From Opitutaceae bacterium (GTDB taxonomy: Bacteria; Verrucomicrobiota; Verrucomicrobiia; Opitutales; Opitutaceae): a DNA stretch of 64,000 nucleotides. The first letter of the stretch is position 1, and every line of letters begins with the position of its first letter. Below, piece by piece: positions 19,205 through 29,169 of the stretch. The notes beneath the pieces were generated by a model that saw only the letters and a program-made list of their open reading frames with translations, had not been told where the DNA came from and did not search any database. The stretch lies in the NCBI GenBank assembly GCA_024233285.1, contig JACKPU010000002.1, positions 324,954 to 388,953 on the forward strand. The letters run 5' to 3'. Position numbers and translations under genes: made by a program.

Positions 19205-20041
19205 TCAGGCGTGAGCCTGAGCGGGCGGGGTTTGTTGCTGCCAGGACGTGGAGCGCGGCGAGCAGCCGAGATTCTTTTTGAACACACGGTGAAACTGCGG
19301 GTAGCTGCCGAAGCCGGCGGCGAGGGCGGCCTCCAGCATCGTGTGCCGCTGCCCGTTGCCATACAGGCGCAGAAATTTCGCCAGGCGTTGCCGGTTGCGG
19401 AAATCCACGATCGTCACGCCGGTTTGTTGTTTGAACAAGCGGCTGAGCCGCGCGGGACTCAGACCGGTTTGCCGGGTGAGTTGGGCGAGGTTGGTCGAGT
19501 CACTGTCGCGCTGGAGCAGTTGCGCCGCCTTTTCAACCGCGGGATGCACGTCCTCGATCGGAATGGCGCTGGCATTTTCAAAGTATTGCCAGGCCGTCAG
19601 GAAGGCATAGCCGAGACCGGCATTGAACAGGGCGGCCCGATCCTTGGTTGCCGCGGTGTTTTCCAACAGGGTGCAGAGATACTGCACTTGTTTCAACGTG
19701 AGCCGGCGGCAGACCTCGCCGCTGGCGCGATCACGTCTGAGCGGTTCGTGGTTTGCATCGGTGGCGATTTCGCCGAGAGCCTGCGGTCGGAAGACCCCGA
19801 TCCACATTTCAAAATCGACGGATTCCTGCACGAGCACGTGATTCTGCGTGGGATAAAGCCAGATGAGGTCGCCCCGGCGCATCTGACACTTTTCGTTATC
19901 CAAGAGGTAGACGCCGGAGCCGCGGGTCACGAGGTTGAACTCGAGTTCGACGTGATGATGGTAGGTGTGCCGCCAATCCTGAAAGCGGTAGTGCCAGAGA
20001 TTGCCCTGCCAGTCTTTCGGGAGATTCAATGTTTCCAGCAT
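19205..20041 (-). CDS. AraC family transcriptional regulator
   Basis: HHHVELEFNLV cupin; GLSPARLSRLFKQQTG; AGFGSYPQFHRVFKK..G.SP. Confidence 0.92.
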   Translation of the reverse strand: MLETLNLPKDWQGNLWHYRFQDWRHTYHHHVELEFNLVTRGSGVYLLDNEKCQMRRGDLIWLYPTQNHVLVQESVDFEMWIGVFRPQALGEIATDANHEPLRRDRASGEVCRRLTLKQVQYLCTLLENTAATKDRAALFNAGLGYAFLTAWQYFENASAIPIEDVHPAVEKAAQLLQRDSDSTNLAQLTRQTGLSPARLSRLFKQQTGVTIVDFRNRQRLAKFLRLYGNGQRHTMLEAALAAGFGSYPQFHRVFKKNLGCSPRSTSWQQQTPPAQAHA

Positions 20042-20115
20042 CGCGACAAAAAATGATAACATGACGACGGAAAACGAGAAGAATTCGCCGATGCGTTCCC
20101 GTATGCTGCGAGGCC

Positions 20116-20934
20116 ATGAGCCTGCTTACCCCCCAACAACAAGCCCTCTATCATGAGGAAGGTTATTTCATTCTGCCGGGAGTTCTTCCGCCCGAAACCC
20201 TCACCATGCTTCGCGAGGAGTGCTCCTATTTTCTCGGCTACATGGATGCCTCCATGGACGCCAAGGGCGTCGAAGTGGATGGGATCAATCACCGCGGCAA
20301 ACGTTACTTCATCGGCAATCGCTACCGGTTGAGCCAGCGCATGCGGGAGTTCCTTTTCAGCCCCATGATGGCCGAGGTGGCGCAGGCGGCGCTGGGCCCG
20401 GATGTCTGGTTGTTCAACGAACAATGGGTCGTGAAAAACGCCGAGCAGGGCATGAAGTTCGGGTGGCATCAGGACAGTGGTTACGTGATGAAGAGTCATC
20501 CCGACGCGCAGCATCCGCCGTATCTCACCTGCTGGGTGACGCTGGATGATGTCAGCGAAATCAATGGCACGGTTTATCTGCTCCCGCATTCGCGCGGCGG
20601 CACGAAGAACACGATCTACAGTCACGAACTCGAGCCCGGTTCGAATGATCTCATCGCCTACAAGGGCGACGATCCCGGCGACCCGCTGATTGTGCCGGCG
20701 GGCACGATTGTCGGATTCTCCAGCTACAACTTTCACCGCAGCGGTCCCAACACGACCAACCGCATGCGCCGCATTTATCTCCCGCAATACGCCTCGGGTC
20801 CGATTGGGGATGACTCTGTGCGGGCTTGGGCGATGGCCGTGCCCTTTGTGCGCGACGGGAAAATCATTTACGACCGGGCCAATGACAAAGCCGAAAACCA
20901 CGGTCCGTTCGGCACGAAGAAATCGCGCGGCTAG
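20116..20934 (+). CDS. PhyH family Fe(II)/2OG dioxygenase
   Basis: YHEEGY, WHQDSGY, WVTLDD...NG, FHRSGPN...RR. Confidence 0.9.
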   Translation: MSLLTPQQQALYHEEGYFILPGVLPPETLTMLREECSYFLGYMDASMDAKGVEVDGINHRGKRYFIGNRYRLSQRMREFLFSPMMAEVAQAALGPDVWLFNEQWVVKNAEQGMKFGWHQDSGYVMKSHPDAQHPPYLTCWVTLDDVSEINGTVYLLPHSRGGTKNTIYSHELEPGSNDLIAYKGDDPGDPLIVPAGTIVGFSSYNFHRSGPNTTNRMRRIYLPQYASGPIGDDSVRAWAMAVPFVRDGKIIYDRANDKAENHGPFGTKKSRG

Positions 20935-21074
20935 AGCACGAAGTCAGCTTTCCTGGCTGAGTCTGCGGTCGGTGCTTCCGGTTTGCGCGCGAGGGCGGCG
21001 AGCCCGAGTGAGGTGACCCCGACGCGGCCGATGGGGCCGAGAAAGCTACTGGCACGCGCCATTGCTGCGCTTGG

Positions 21075-21764
21075 CTATTCAACCAGACGGTAGCCAATGC
21101 CCGCATCGGTTTTAAGGTGCCGAGGAGCTTGCGGATCGGTTTCAATCTTTTGGCGCAGATGAGTCATATGGACCCGCAGATAATGGGTGTTTTGCGTTGC
21201 CGTTGGTCCCCATATTTCGCGGAGGATCTGCTGATGCGTGACGACTTTGCCGCGGTGTTGAACCAGCAAACGAAGCAGCGCATATTCCTTCATGGTTAGA
21301 TGCACTTCCACGCCTTGGCGGCGCACAAGCCGGGCGGCCAGATCAATTTCGATCTCCCCGAAATGCACGACGGTGGACTCCTCGTTTGGCTGGGTTCTCC
21401 GCATGACCGCTCGCATCCGGGCGAGCAATTCCCGGCCGCCAAACGGCTTGGTCAGGTAATCGTCGGCTCCGGCGTCCAGCGCTTCGATTTTGTCATCTTC
21501 GTTGTCCCGCACGGACAAGATCAACACCGGGACCCGGCTCCATTCCCGCAGCCGGCGCAGCACTTCCACGCCGCTCATGTCCGGCAAACCCAAATCCAGG
21601 ATAATGCCTTCGGGTTGTCGCGCGGCGGCCTCCTGCAATCCCAACTGGCCGGTTTCGGCCTCGAGCACGGTATAGCCTCCGCTCGCAAGCGTCAGCCGAA
21701 GCAAACGGCGAATCTGGGATTCGTCGTCGATGATCAGCACCTTGCGTGAGCTTGGCTCATTCAT
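21075..21764 (-). CDS. kdpE: Response regulator KdpE
   Basis: LIIDDE, ILDLGLPD, GADDYLTKPF, HYLRVHM..LRQKIE.DP..P, GIGYR; follows kdpD. Confidence 0.95.
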   Translation of the reverse strand: MNEPSSRKVLIIDDESQIRRLLRLTLASGGYTVLEAETGQLGLQEAAARQPEGIILDLGLPDMSGVEVLRRLREWSRVPVLILSVRDNEDDKIEALDAGADDYLTKPFGGRELLARMRAVMRRTQPNEESTVVHFGEIEIDLAARLVRRQGVEVHLTMKEYALLRLLVQHRGKVVTHQQILREIWGPTATQNTHYLRVHMTHLRQKIETDPQAPRHLKTDAGIGYRLVE

Positions 21765-24421
21765 TCTTCCGGAACAGGATCGGTGGCGTGGTGCGGCAGG
21801 TAGATGGTGAACGCGGCCCCGCCGCCGGGATTGTCGCCCACGACGATTTCTCCGCCTTGGGCCACGACAAACCCGCGCACAATGGAGAGCCCGAGGCCGA
21901 GACCGCCGACTCTGGCGGCGTCGCCGCGCGAAAACTTTTTGAAAAGGCGCTCCTTCATTTCCGGAGGAAAACCGGGTCCGCGATCCGCGACCATGAAAAA
22001 GATGCGCTTGCCGCCAAGGTCCAGTCCGGCGGTGACAAAGATCGGCGTGGAGGCCGGAGTGTGCAGCGCGGCGTTGAGCAGCAGGTTGGCGAGGGCTTGC
22101 TCGGTGAGCGTAAAATCCGCGCGCACCGGCGGAAGGTTGGCCGGGATCGACACGTCCACCGGATGATTCGTCAATGCATCGCGCACTCCATCAAGGGCAG
22201 CGTTCATCAAGTCGCTCACGTCGCACCAATCGAACCGGGGTTTGAGTGAACCGCTTTCCAAGCGGGTTTGGTCGAGCAGATTTCCCACCAGCCGGTTCAA
22301 CCGGCGGGATGCCGTGCGGCCTTCGGCCACGAGGCTGTCCCGGAGCTTGCTGTCGTTGAGTTCGGAAAGATTTTCAAAGGCGCTGGATATGACCGCCAGG
22401 GGAGTGCGCAGTTCATGAGAGACGCTGTCGAGGAGCACCCGATGCAGCTTTTCGGACTCGGCGAGCAGCTTTTCCCTTTCACTCGCCTCGCGCAAATGTT
22501 CGCGCTCGACGCTGAGCGCCAATTGCCGGGCGAAGGCGTCAAGCAGGTCGCGCTGGGCCAGCGTGAGGGTTTCGTCGGCCGGCACGGTTACACCCAACAC
22601 CCCGATGGACCGATTTTCTCGCACCAGCGGCAGATAGTATCCGGCACTGCCAGGCAGCGTGTCGGTAAACCGGCCGGCGGGACGTCTGTGCCGAAACGCC
22701 CAGGCGGCGACGCCCGTTTCCCTTTGATCCATGACATGCGAACCGGCGTAGTGAGGGACGAGTTTGTCGTCCCCGAGGGCAGGCAGCAGCAGGGCGGTTT
22801 TGGCTCCGAGCAGGCGATCGGTCTGGCGCAAGGCGGCAAAGATGGCGTCGTCCATGTTTTCTGCCTCGGAGAGCGAGCGGGTGAGGTTGAACAATGCCAC
22901 CGCGCGTTCCTCGCGGCGACGTTCATGCCGGGCTTGGGCGCGAATGCGCGAAGTCAATTCTCCCGCGACCAACGCCACCACGAAATAGGTTACGAAGAGA
23001 ATGGCGTTTTCGATGCTGCCGATGGCGAAGGTGTAGCGCGGTGGAATGAAGAGAAAATTCCAGGACAGGGCTCCGATCACCGCGGCAAGCAGCACCGGCC
23101 ATCGGCCCACGCGCAACGGCAGGAAGACAATCGCAAGGAGATACAGCAATCCGGTGGCCAGATAATATTCCGAGGGCAGGAGTTGAGCGCCCAAGGTCAC
23201 CAAGGCCATGGCGCCCGCGGCCCAACCATACTCGGCCGGATGGCTGTAGATGGTCTCGATCCCGCGCCAAGCGTTTTGTCGCGATCTGCTTTCCGCAGGC
23301 ACCACGTAGATGTCGATGTTGCCTCCCAGCCTGATCAGGCGGTCCACCAAATTGCCCCGGATCATCTCCATCAGGCTAAACCCGCGCGGTTTCCCGACCA
23401 CGATCTGGGTGGCATTATGATGCAGCGCAAGCCGGACAAGGGCGGCGGCGACGTCCTCGTCATGCGTCACCACCAATTCCGCGCCCAGTTCCCGGGCCAG
23501 GGCCATGTTTTTGTCGAGCCGGGTCTGGTCTGCGGGCGAAAGCTGGTGCGAGGATTCAATATGGGCGGCGATCCACGGGGCACCCTGCGCCGCCGCCAGC
23601 CGGCGGGTCCAGCGCACGAGTTGCGTGGAAAAGGGACTGGCACCGACGGCGACCAGCATTCGTTCCCCGCTGCGCCACACGGTTTTCTTCACCTGAGTGG
23701 AGCGCATGGAGCGCAACTGCCGCTCGACGCGCTCGGCGGTGAATCGCAAGGCCAGTTCGCGCAGGGCGGTGAGATGCGTGTCTTGGAAGAAATTTTTTAC
23801 TGCGGCCGCGGCTTTGTCACCGAGGTAAACCTTTCCTTCCGCCAGCCGCTCTTTGAGCGCTTCCGGGGTCAGGTCGATCAGCTCGATTTGGTCTGCCAGA
23901 TCAAGAAGCGTGTCCGGCACGGTTTCGTGCACGGTGGCTCCGGTAATCTCGCGGACGGTATCGGCGCGGGATTCGACGTGCTGGATATTGAGGGTTGTAT
24001 ATACATCGATGCCGGCATCAAGCAGCTCGATGACGTCCTGATAACGCTTGGGATGAATTGAGCCCGGGGCATTGGTATGAGCCAGTTCGTCCACGAGGAC
24101 GAGTTGGGGCTTCCGGGCCAGGATGGCCTCGAGGTCCATCTCTTCCAACTGTATGTCACGGTAATGGACTTTCCTTTTGGGAATTACGGTCAGGCCTTTG
24201 AGCAAGGCTTCTGTCTCCTTTCGCCCGTGGGTCTCCACGATCCCTGCCACCAAATCCACGTTTTCGCGCAACTCTTCGTGCGCCGCCCGCAGCATGGCGT
24301 AAGTTTTTCCCACACCCGGACACATCCCGAAAAATACTTTCAACCGGCCCCGCTGTGCCCGCGCCTCTTCCTGCTTCAACGAAGCGAGCAGTGCATCAGG
24401 ATTGGGATGTTGTTCCGTCAT
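21761..24421 (-). CDS. kdpD: Sensor histidine kinase KdpD
   Basis: GRLKVFFGMCPGVGKTYAML, VDELAHTN, KRYQD, Usp domain, four TMs, GAF, SHELRTPL, HATPase. Confidence 0.97.
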   Translation of the reverse strand: MTEQHPNPDALLASLKQEEARAQRGRLKVFFGMCPGVGKTYAMLRAAHEELRENVDLVAGIVETHGRKETEALLKGLTVIPKRKVHYRDIQLEEMDLEAILARKPQLVLVDELAHTNAPGSIHPKRYQDVIELLDAGIDVYTTLNIQHVESRADTVREITGATVHETVPDTLLDLADQIELIDLTPEALKERLAEGKVYLGDKAAAAVKNFFQDTHLTALRELALRFTAERVERQLRSMRSTQVKKTVWRSGERMLVAVGASPFSTQLVRWTRRLAAAQGAPWIAAHIESSHQLSPADQTRLDKNMALARELGAELVVTHDEDVAAALVRLALHHNATQIVVGKPRGFSLMEMIRGNLVDRLIRLGGNIDIYVVPAESRSRQNAWRGIETIYSHPAEYGWAAGAMALVTLGAQLLPSEYYLATGLLYLLAIVFLPLRVGRWPVLLAAVIGALSWNFLFIPPRYTFAIGSIENAILFVTYFVVALVAGELTSRIRAQARHERRREERAVALFNLTRSLSEAENMDDAIFAALRQTDRLLGAKTALLLPALGDDKLVPHYAGSHVMDQRETGVAAWAFRHRRPAGRFTDTLPGSAGYYLPLVRENRSIGVLGVTVPADETLTLAQRDLLDAFARQLALSVEREHLREASEREKLLAESEKLHRVLLDSVSHELRTPLAVISSAFENLSELNDSKLRDSLVAEGRTASRRLNRLVGNLLDQTRLESGSLKPRFDWCDVSDLMNAALDGVRDALTNHPVDVSIPANLPPVRADFTLTEQALANLLLNAALHTPASTPIFVTAGLDLGGKRIFFMVADRGPGFPPEMKERLFKKFSRGDAARVGGLGLGLSIVRGFVVAQGGEIVVGDNPGGGAAFTIYLPHHATDPVPEE

Positions 24422-24424
24422 GGA

Positions 24425-24661
24425 CTAGCTCGAAAGCGTGGTGTGGTGGGACGGCCGCGGCAAGACCGGTGGAGGCGGCCCGTTTAACTGTTCGACCGCG
24501 GCTCCGGTCCGATCCGGTGGCGGTGTGCTGGCCGGGTTGGGGCCATGACCGAACAGACAGCCGATGATAAAACCGCCAAGCAACCCGACCAATGCCACGA
24601 TCGTGTAGTTGAGGATATCATGAAGCTCGGCTTCGCTGGGCATGCGGGGTGGCTGATTCAT
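24425..24661 (-). CDS. Small single-TM, Pro-rich-tail protein between kdpC and kdpD
   Basis: 78 aa; TM segment YTIVALVGLLGGFIIGCLF; fills the gap and stops 3 bp before the kdpD ATG. Confidence 0.55.
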   Translation of the reverse strand: MNQPPRMPSEAELHDILNYTIVALVGLLGGFIIGCLFGHGPNPASTPPPDRTGAAVEQLNGPPPPVLPRPSHHTTLSS

Positions 24662-24700
24662 GGCTTTAATCGCTCGCCACTGATGGATGGTGCGCGGGCG

Positions 24701-25261
24701 TTACGGCGATTTCGTGGCGGCGTCGAGCGCGAGGTTGAGTTCGAGCACGTTGACCAGGCGGTCGGGCGTGAAGGTTCCACCGGGGGAGAAGGCCTGGGCT
24801 TTCACGAGGTTCTCGACCTGGGAGAGCGGCAGCGAGCGCGCGCGGGCGACGCGATCAGCTTGGTAGAGCGCGGCGTGCTCCGTGAGGTGCGGATCGAGAC
24901 CGCCGCCGGACGCGGCTGCGAGCTCGGCAGGCAGGGGACGCTCCGGCGTGGCGCCATGGAGGGCGACGAGGCCGGCGGCGCGTTCGGTGAGGTCGGGGCT
25001 GGTGGGCGATTTGTTGCTGCCGCCCGCGCCCGCGCCGTTGTAGTCGACGGCGGAAGGGCGCGGCCAGAAGTAGTCGGGCCGGGTGAAGCCCTGCGCGACG
25101 AGGCGGCTGCCGACCGCCTGACCATCGACGACGATGAGGGAGCCTTCGGCGGTGTCGGGCGCGACGGCCTTGGCGAAGACGAGCAGGGCGGCGGTGTAGC
25201 CGGCCACGCAGATGGCTGCGGTGGCGAGGGTGATGCGGAGACTGGCGAGGAAGGTGTGCAT
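24701..25261 (-). CDS. kdpC: K+-transporting ATPase subunit C
   Basis: GSRLVAQGFT..DYFWPRPSA, ASGGGLDPH, VNVLELNLALD. Confidence 0.96.
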   Translation of the reverse strand: MHTFLASLRITLATAAICVAGYTAALLVFAKAVAPDTAEGSLIVVDGQAVGSRLVAQGFTRPDYFWPRPSAVDYNGAGAGGSNKSPTSPDLTERAAGLVALHGATPERPLPAELAAASGGGLDPHLTEHAALYQADRVARARSLPLSQVENLVKAQAFSPGGTFTPDRLVNVLELNLALDAATKSP

Positions 25262-25280
25262 GACTTTTCCGGGTTGGATT

Positions 25281-26957
25281 TCACTTCATGAACTGCAGGT
25301 GCTCGGCGATCGGGCCGAGAGCGGCGGCGGGGAAGAAGGTCAGCGCGCCGACAAAGACGATGGTGCCGAAGAGCATCAGGCCGAAGGTGCCGTCCTCGAC
25401 GCCAAGGGTGCCGGAGGAACGGGCGGCAGGGCGTTTGGCGGCGAGCGAGCCGGCGATGGCGAGGGGCAGGATGATCGGGATGAAGCGGCCGAGGAGCATG
25501 ACGAGGCCGGTGGCGACGTTCCACGGCACGGTGTTGTCGCCGAGGCCCTCGAAGCCGGAGCCGTTGTTGGCGCTGGCCGAGCTGAACTCGTAGAGGATCT
25601 CGCTGAAGCCGTGCGCACCGGTGTTATTGAGCGCATCGACGCCCCACGGGGTCGCGGCAAACAGCGCGGTCGGCGCGAGCACGAGGAAGGCGTGCACGAA
25701 CAGCGCGAGCACGGCGAGTTTCACCTCGCGGGCCTCGATGCGGCGGCCGAGGTATTCGGGCGTGCGGCCGACCATCATGCCGGCGACGAAGACGGCGATG
25801 ACGATGTAGAGGAACATGTTGATCAGGCCGACACCGACGCCGCCGAAGGTGGTGTTGAGCCACATGCCGGCCATGGGCATGAGGCCGGTCATGGGGTTGA
25901 GGCTGTCGTGCATGGCGTTGACCGAGCCGTTGCTGGTCGAGGTGGTCAGCACGGCCCAGAGCGGGCCGGCGGCGGTGCCGAAGCGCAGCTCCTTGCCTTC
26001 GAGATTGCCGGAGGTCTGCTCGATGGGCAGGTCGGCGAAGGCCTGGGTGGGGGCTTGTTCAAAGTAAACCGCGCCGCCGATCTTGAGGGCGAGGAAGAGA
26101 AGCATCACGCCGAAGACGACGGCGGCGTGGCGCAGGCGGCCGACGATACGGCCGAACATCCAGACGCAGGCCATGGGCACGAGGAGGATGGCGATGGACG
26201 AGAGGCAGTTGGTCCAGAAGGTCGGGTTTTCAAGCGGGTGCGTGCTGTTGGGGCCGAAGAAGCCGCCGCCGTTGGTGCCGAGCTGCTTGATGGTGAGGAA
26301 GGCGGCGACGGGGCCGCGCGAGATGGTTTGGTCGATGCCTTCGAGCGTCAGCACCTTGGCCGCACCCTGGAGCGTCATCGGCATGCCGCCGAGGATCATC
26401 AGCGAGGCGACGATTAGCGCGAGAGGCAGCAGCACGAGGAAGGTGGCGCGCTGCACGTCGACAAAGAAGTTGCCCACATCGGTGCGGCCCGCGAGTCCCC
26501 GGGCCATGGCCACGAGCGCGGCGAGGCCGACCGCGGGCGTGACGAACTGGAGCCACATGAGCGTGAGCTGCGAGAGGTAGCTCCAGGTGGATTCGCCGGA
26601 GTAGTGCTGCAGGTTGGTGTTGGTCGTGAACGAGGCGGCGGTGTTGAACACCAGGCTGTGCTCGGCGGCGACCTGGCCGTCGGGATTGAGCGGCAGGTGC
26701 TGTTGCAGTGCGAGGAAGCCGAAGCTGACGGCGAACAGCACGACGTTGAAGACGAGCAACGATACGGTGTATTGCTTCCAGTCTTGGGACTGGCGCGCGA
26801 TGCTGCCGCCGATGAATTGGAAACCGCGGGTCTTGCGACCGGCGAGGCCGTGGTCGGGCTGCGCCGGGTCCATGGCCCATTTGAGGTAGCGGCCGAGTGG
26901 CCACGACAAGAGCGCGGCGCTGCCTACGAGCAGAGTGATAAAAAGGAAGGCGTCCAT
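25281..26957 (-). CDS. kdpA: K+-transporting ATPase subunit A
   Basis: Filter motifs NTNLQHY, KQLGTNGGG, TSNGSVN, ANNGSGF; GRTPEY. Confidence 0.97.
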   Translation of the reverse strand: MDAFLFITLLVGSAALLSWPLGRYLKWAMDPAQPDHGLAGRKTRGFQFIGGSIARQSQDWKQYTVSLLVFNVVLFAVSFGFLALQQHLPLNPDGQVAAEHSLVFNTAASFTTNTNLQHYSGESTWSYLSQLTLMWLQFVTPAVGLAALVAMARGLAGRTDVGNFFVDVQRATFLVLLPLALIVASLMILGGMPMTLQGAAKVLTLEGIDQTISRGPVAAFLTIKQLGTNGGGFFGPNSTHPLENPTFWTNCLSSIAILLVPMACVWMFGRIVGRLRHAAVVFGVMLLFLALKIGGAVYFEQAPTQAFADLPIEQTSGNLEGKELRFGTAAGPLWAVLTTSTSNGSVNAMHDSLNPMTGLMPMAGMWLNTTFGGVGVGLINMFLYIVIAVFVAGMMVGRTPEYLGRRIEAREVKLAVLALFVHAFLVLAPTALFAATPWGVDALNNTGAHGFSEILYEFSSASANNGSGFEGLGDNTVPWNVATGLVMLLGRFIPIILPLAIAGSLAAKRPAARSSGTLGVEDGTFGLMLFGTIVFVGALTFFPAAALGPIAEHLQFMK

Positions 26958-26973
26958 AGGAGGAGGGAGTGGG

Positions 26974-27078
26974 TCAGTCTTTGGGTTCCGCACGACCCTG
27001 CCGCTCAGTGCGGGCGAGGCCGTGGGTCAAGAGGGACAGGAGGGCAAAAATTGCGCATCCAATGAGCAGGTAGATCAT
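26974..27078 (-). CDS. 34-aa hydrophobic peptide between kdpB and kdpA
   Basis: Hand translation MIYLLIGCAIFALLSLLTHGLARTERQGRAEPKD; fills the intergenic gap, one TM helix; below the ORF-track cutoff. Confidence 0.6.
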   Translation of the reverse strand: MIYLLIGCAIFALLSLLTHGLARTERQGRAEPKD

Positions 27079-27097
27079 GGCGATTTGGGCAGGGAGT

Positions 27098-29163
27098 TTA
27101 GACGAGGTGAAAAGCGACCAGGAGCATGTCGATGAGCTTGATTCCGATGAAGGGGACGATGATGCCGCCCAGACCGTAGATGAGCAGGTTGCGGTGCAGC
27201 AGCACGGCGGCCCCGAGCGGCCGATAGGCCACGCCTTTCAAGGCGAGCGGAATCAATGCCACGATGACGAGCGCGTTGAAGATGACTGCGCTGAGAATGG
27301 CGGATTGCGGTGAGTGCAAGCCCATGAGGTTGAGCTTGCCCAAGGGACCACCGTCCGCGGCCCCGGTTGCGATGTAGAGGCTCGAAAATATCGCCGGGAG
27401 AATGGCGAAGTATTTCGCCACGTCGTTGGCGAGGCTGAACGTGGTCAGGGTGCCCCGCGTCATGATGAGCTGCTTGCCGATCTCCACGACGTCCATGAGT
27501 TTGGTCGGGTTCGAATCGAGATCGACCATGTTGCCCGCTTCCTTGGCGGCCTGGGTGCCGGTGTTCATGGCGACGCCGACATCGGCCTGGGCGAGCGCGG
27601 GCGCATCGTTCGTGCCGTCGCCGGTCATGGCGACGAGATGGCCTTTGGCCTGTTCCTCGCGAATACGTTCAAGTTTCATTTCCGGCGTGGCCTGGGCGAG
27701 GTAGTCGTCCACGCCCGCCTCCGCGGCAATGGCCGCCGCGGTGAGCGGATTGTCGCCCGTGATCATCACGGTGCGGATGCCCATTTGACGCAATTGGGCG
27801 AAGCGTTCCTTGATGCCGCCTTTCACCACATCCTTGAGCTGGATCACCCCGAGCACCTCGCGGTCTTGCGCGACCACCAAAGGGGTGCCGCCTTCGCGTG
27901 AAATGCGTTCAGCCAGTTCCGCCACAGCCGGCGGATAGGTGCCACCTTGGGATTCAATCCATGCTTTGATGCTGTCGGCCGCCCCCTTGCGGATCTGGCT
28001 CGCAGGTTTGCCCCGGGCAGCGGCAAGATCGACGCCGCTCATGCGCGTCTGTGCGGTGAAGGGCACAAAATTCACGTGGGGCTCAGCCAATTCGCGTTCG
28101 CGCAGGTTGAATTTCTGCTTGGCGAGCACGACGATGCTGCGGCCCTCCGGAGTGGAGTCTGCGAGCGATGACAACTGGGCCGCCGAGGCGAGGCGTTCTG
28201 CCGGAATGCCCGGTGCCGGCACGAAATCGGAGGCCATGCGGTTGCCCAGCGTGATCGTGCCGGTCTTGTCGAGCAGGAGCACGTCGATGTCGCCGGCGGC
28301 CTCCACGGCCCGGCCCGAGGTTGCGACCACATTGCGTTGGACCAAGCGGTCCATGCTGCATGATGCCGATTGCGCCCAACAGTGCGCCGATCGTGGTGGG
28401 AATAAGGCAGACCAGCAGCGCCACGAGCACGGGAATCGGAACGTCGTCGCCGGCATAGATGCCGAAGGGCGGAGGTGACACAGACCAGAAGGAAGATCAA
28501 AGTGAGTGCAGCCAGCAGAATGGTGAGGGCGATTTCGTTGGGCGTCTTTTGCCGGCTGGCACCTTCCACGAGCGCAATCATGCGATCCATGAATCCTTGG
28601 CCGCGCTCGGCGGTGATGCGCACGACAATGCGATCGCTGAGCACGCGGGTGCCGCCAGTCACCGCGCAACGGTCACCGCCACTCTCGCGGATTACCGGGG
28701 CGGATTCGCCGGTGATGGCGGATTCGTCCACCGTGGCGATGCCTTCAATCACATCACCGTCCGCCGGGATGAGGTCGCCACTTTCACAGACGATCGTATC
28801 ATTTTTGCGGAGATCGGTTGCGGCGACCCGTTCTTCGCGGGTGCCATCGATCAAACGGCGGGCCTGGATTTCCGCGCGGGTCCGGCGCAGCGTATTGGCT
28901 TGCGCCTTCCCGCGCCCTTCGGCCACCGCCTCGGCAAAATTGGCGAACAGCACCGTGAACCACAGCCACAGGGAAAGGTGAGTGATGAAACCGCGATCGC
29001 TTTCCGCCGTGAAGATGCCGACCGTCGTCATGACCGCGCCGACCGCGGTGATGAACATCACCGGGTTTTTGATCAGCTGGCGCGGATTCAGTTTCTTGAA
29101 CGCATCGCCCAAGGCCGGGACAATGATGCTCAAATCAAAGAGTGAGACAGATTGTGCTTTCAT
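27098..29163 (-). pseudogene. kdpB: K+-transporting ATPase subunit B with two frameshifts (real or sequencing error)
   Basis: KdpB motifs ([46 protein letters not shown]) are spread over three frames, with breaks near 28473 and 28360. Confidence 0.9.
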
Positions 29164-29169
29164 ATGGGT

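Noticed and set aside
28355-28480. Programmed frameshifting in kdpB
   Set aside because: There is no slippery heptamer or homopolymer run, and two successive shifts would be needed
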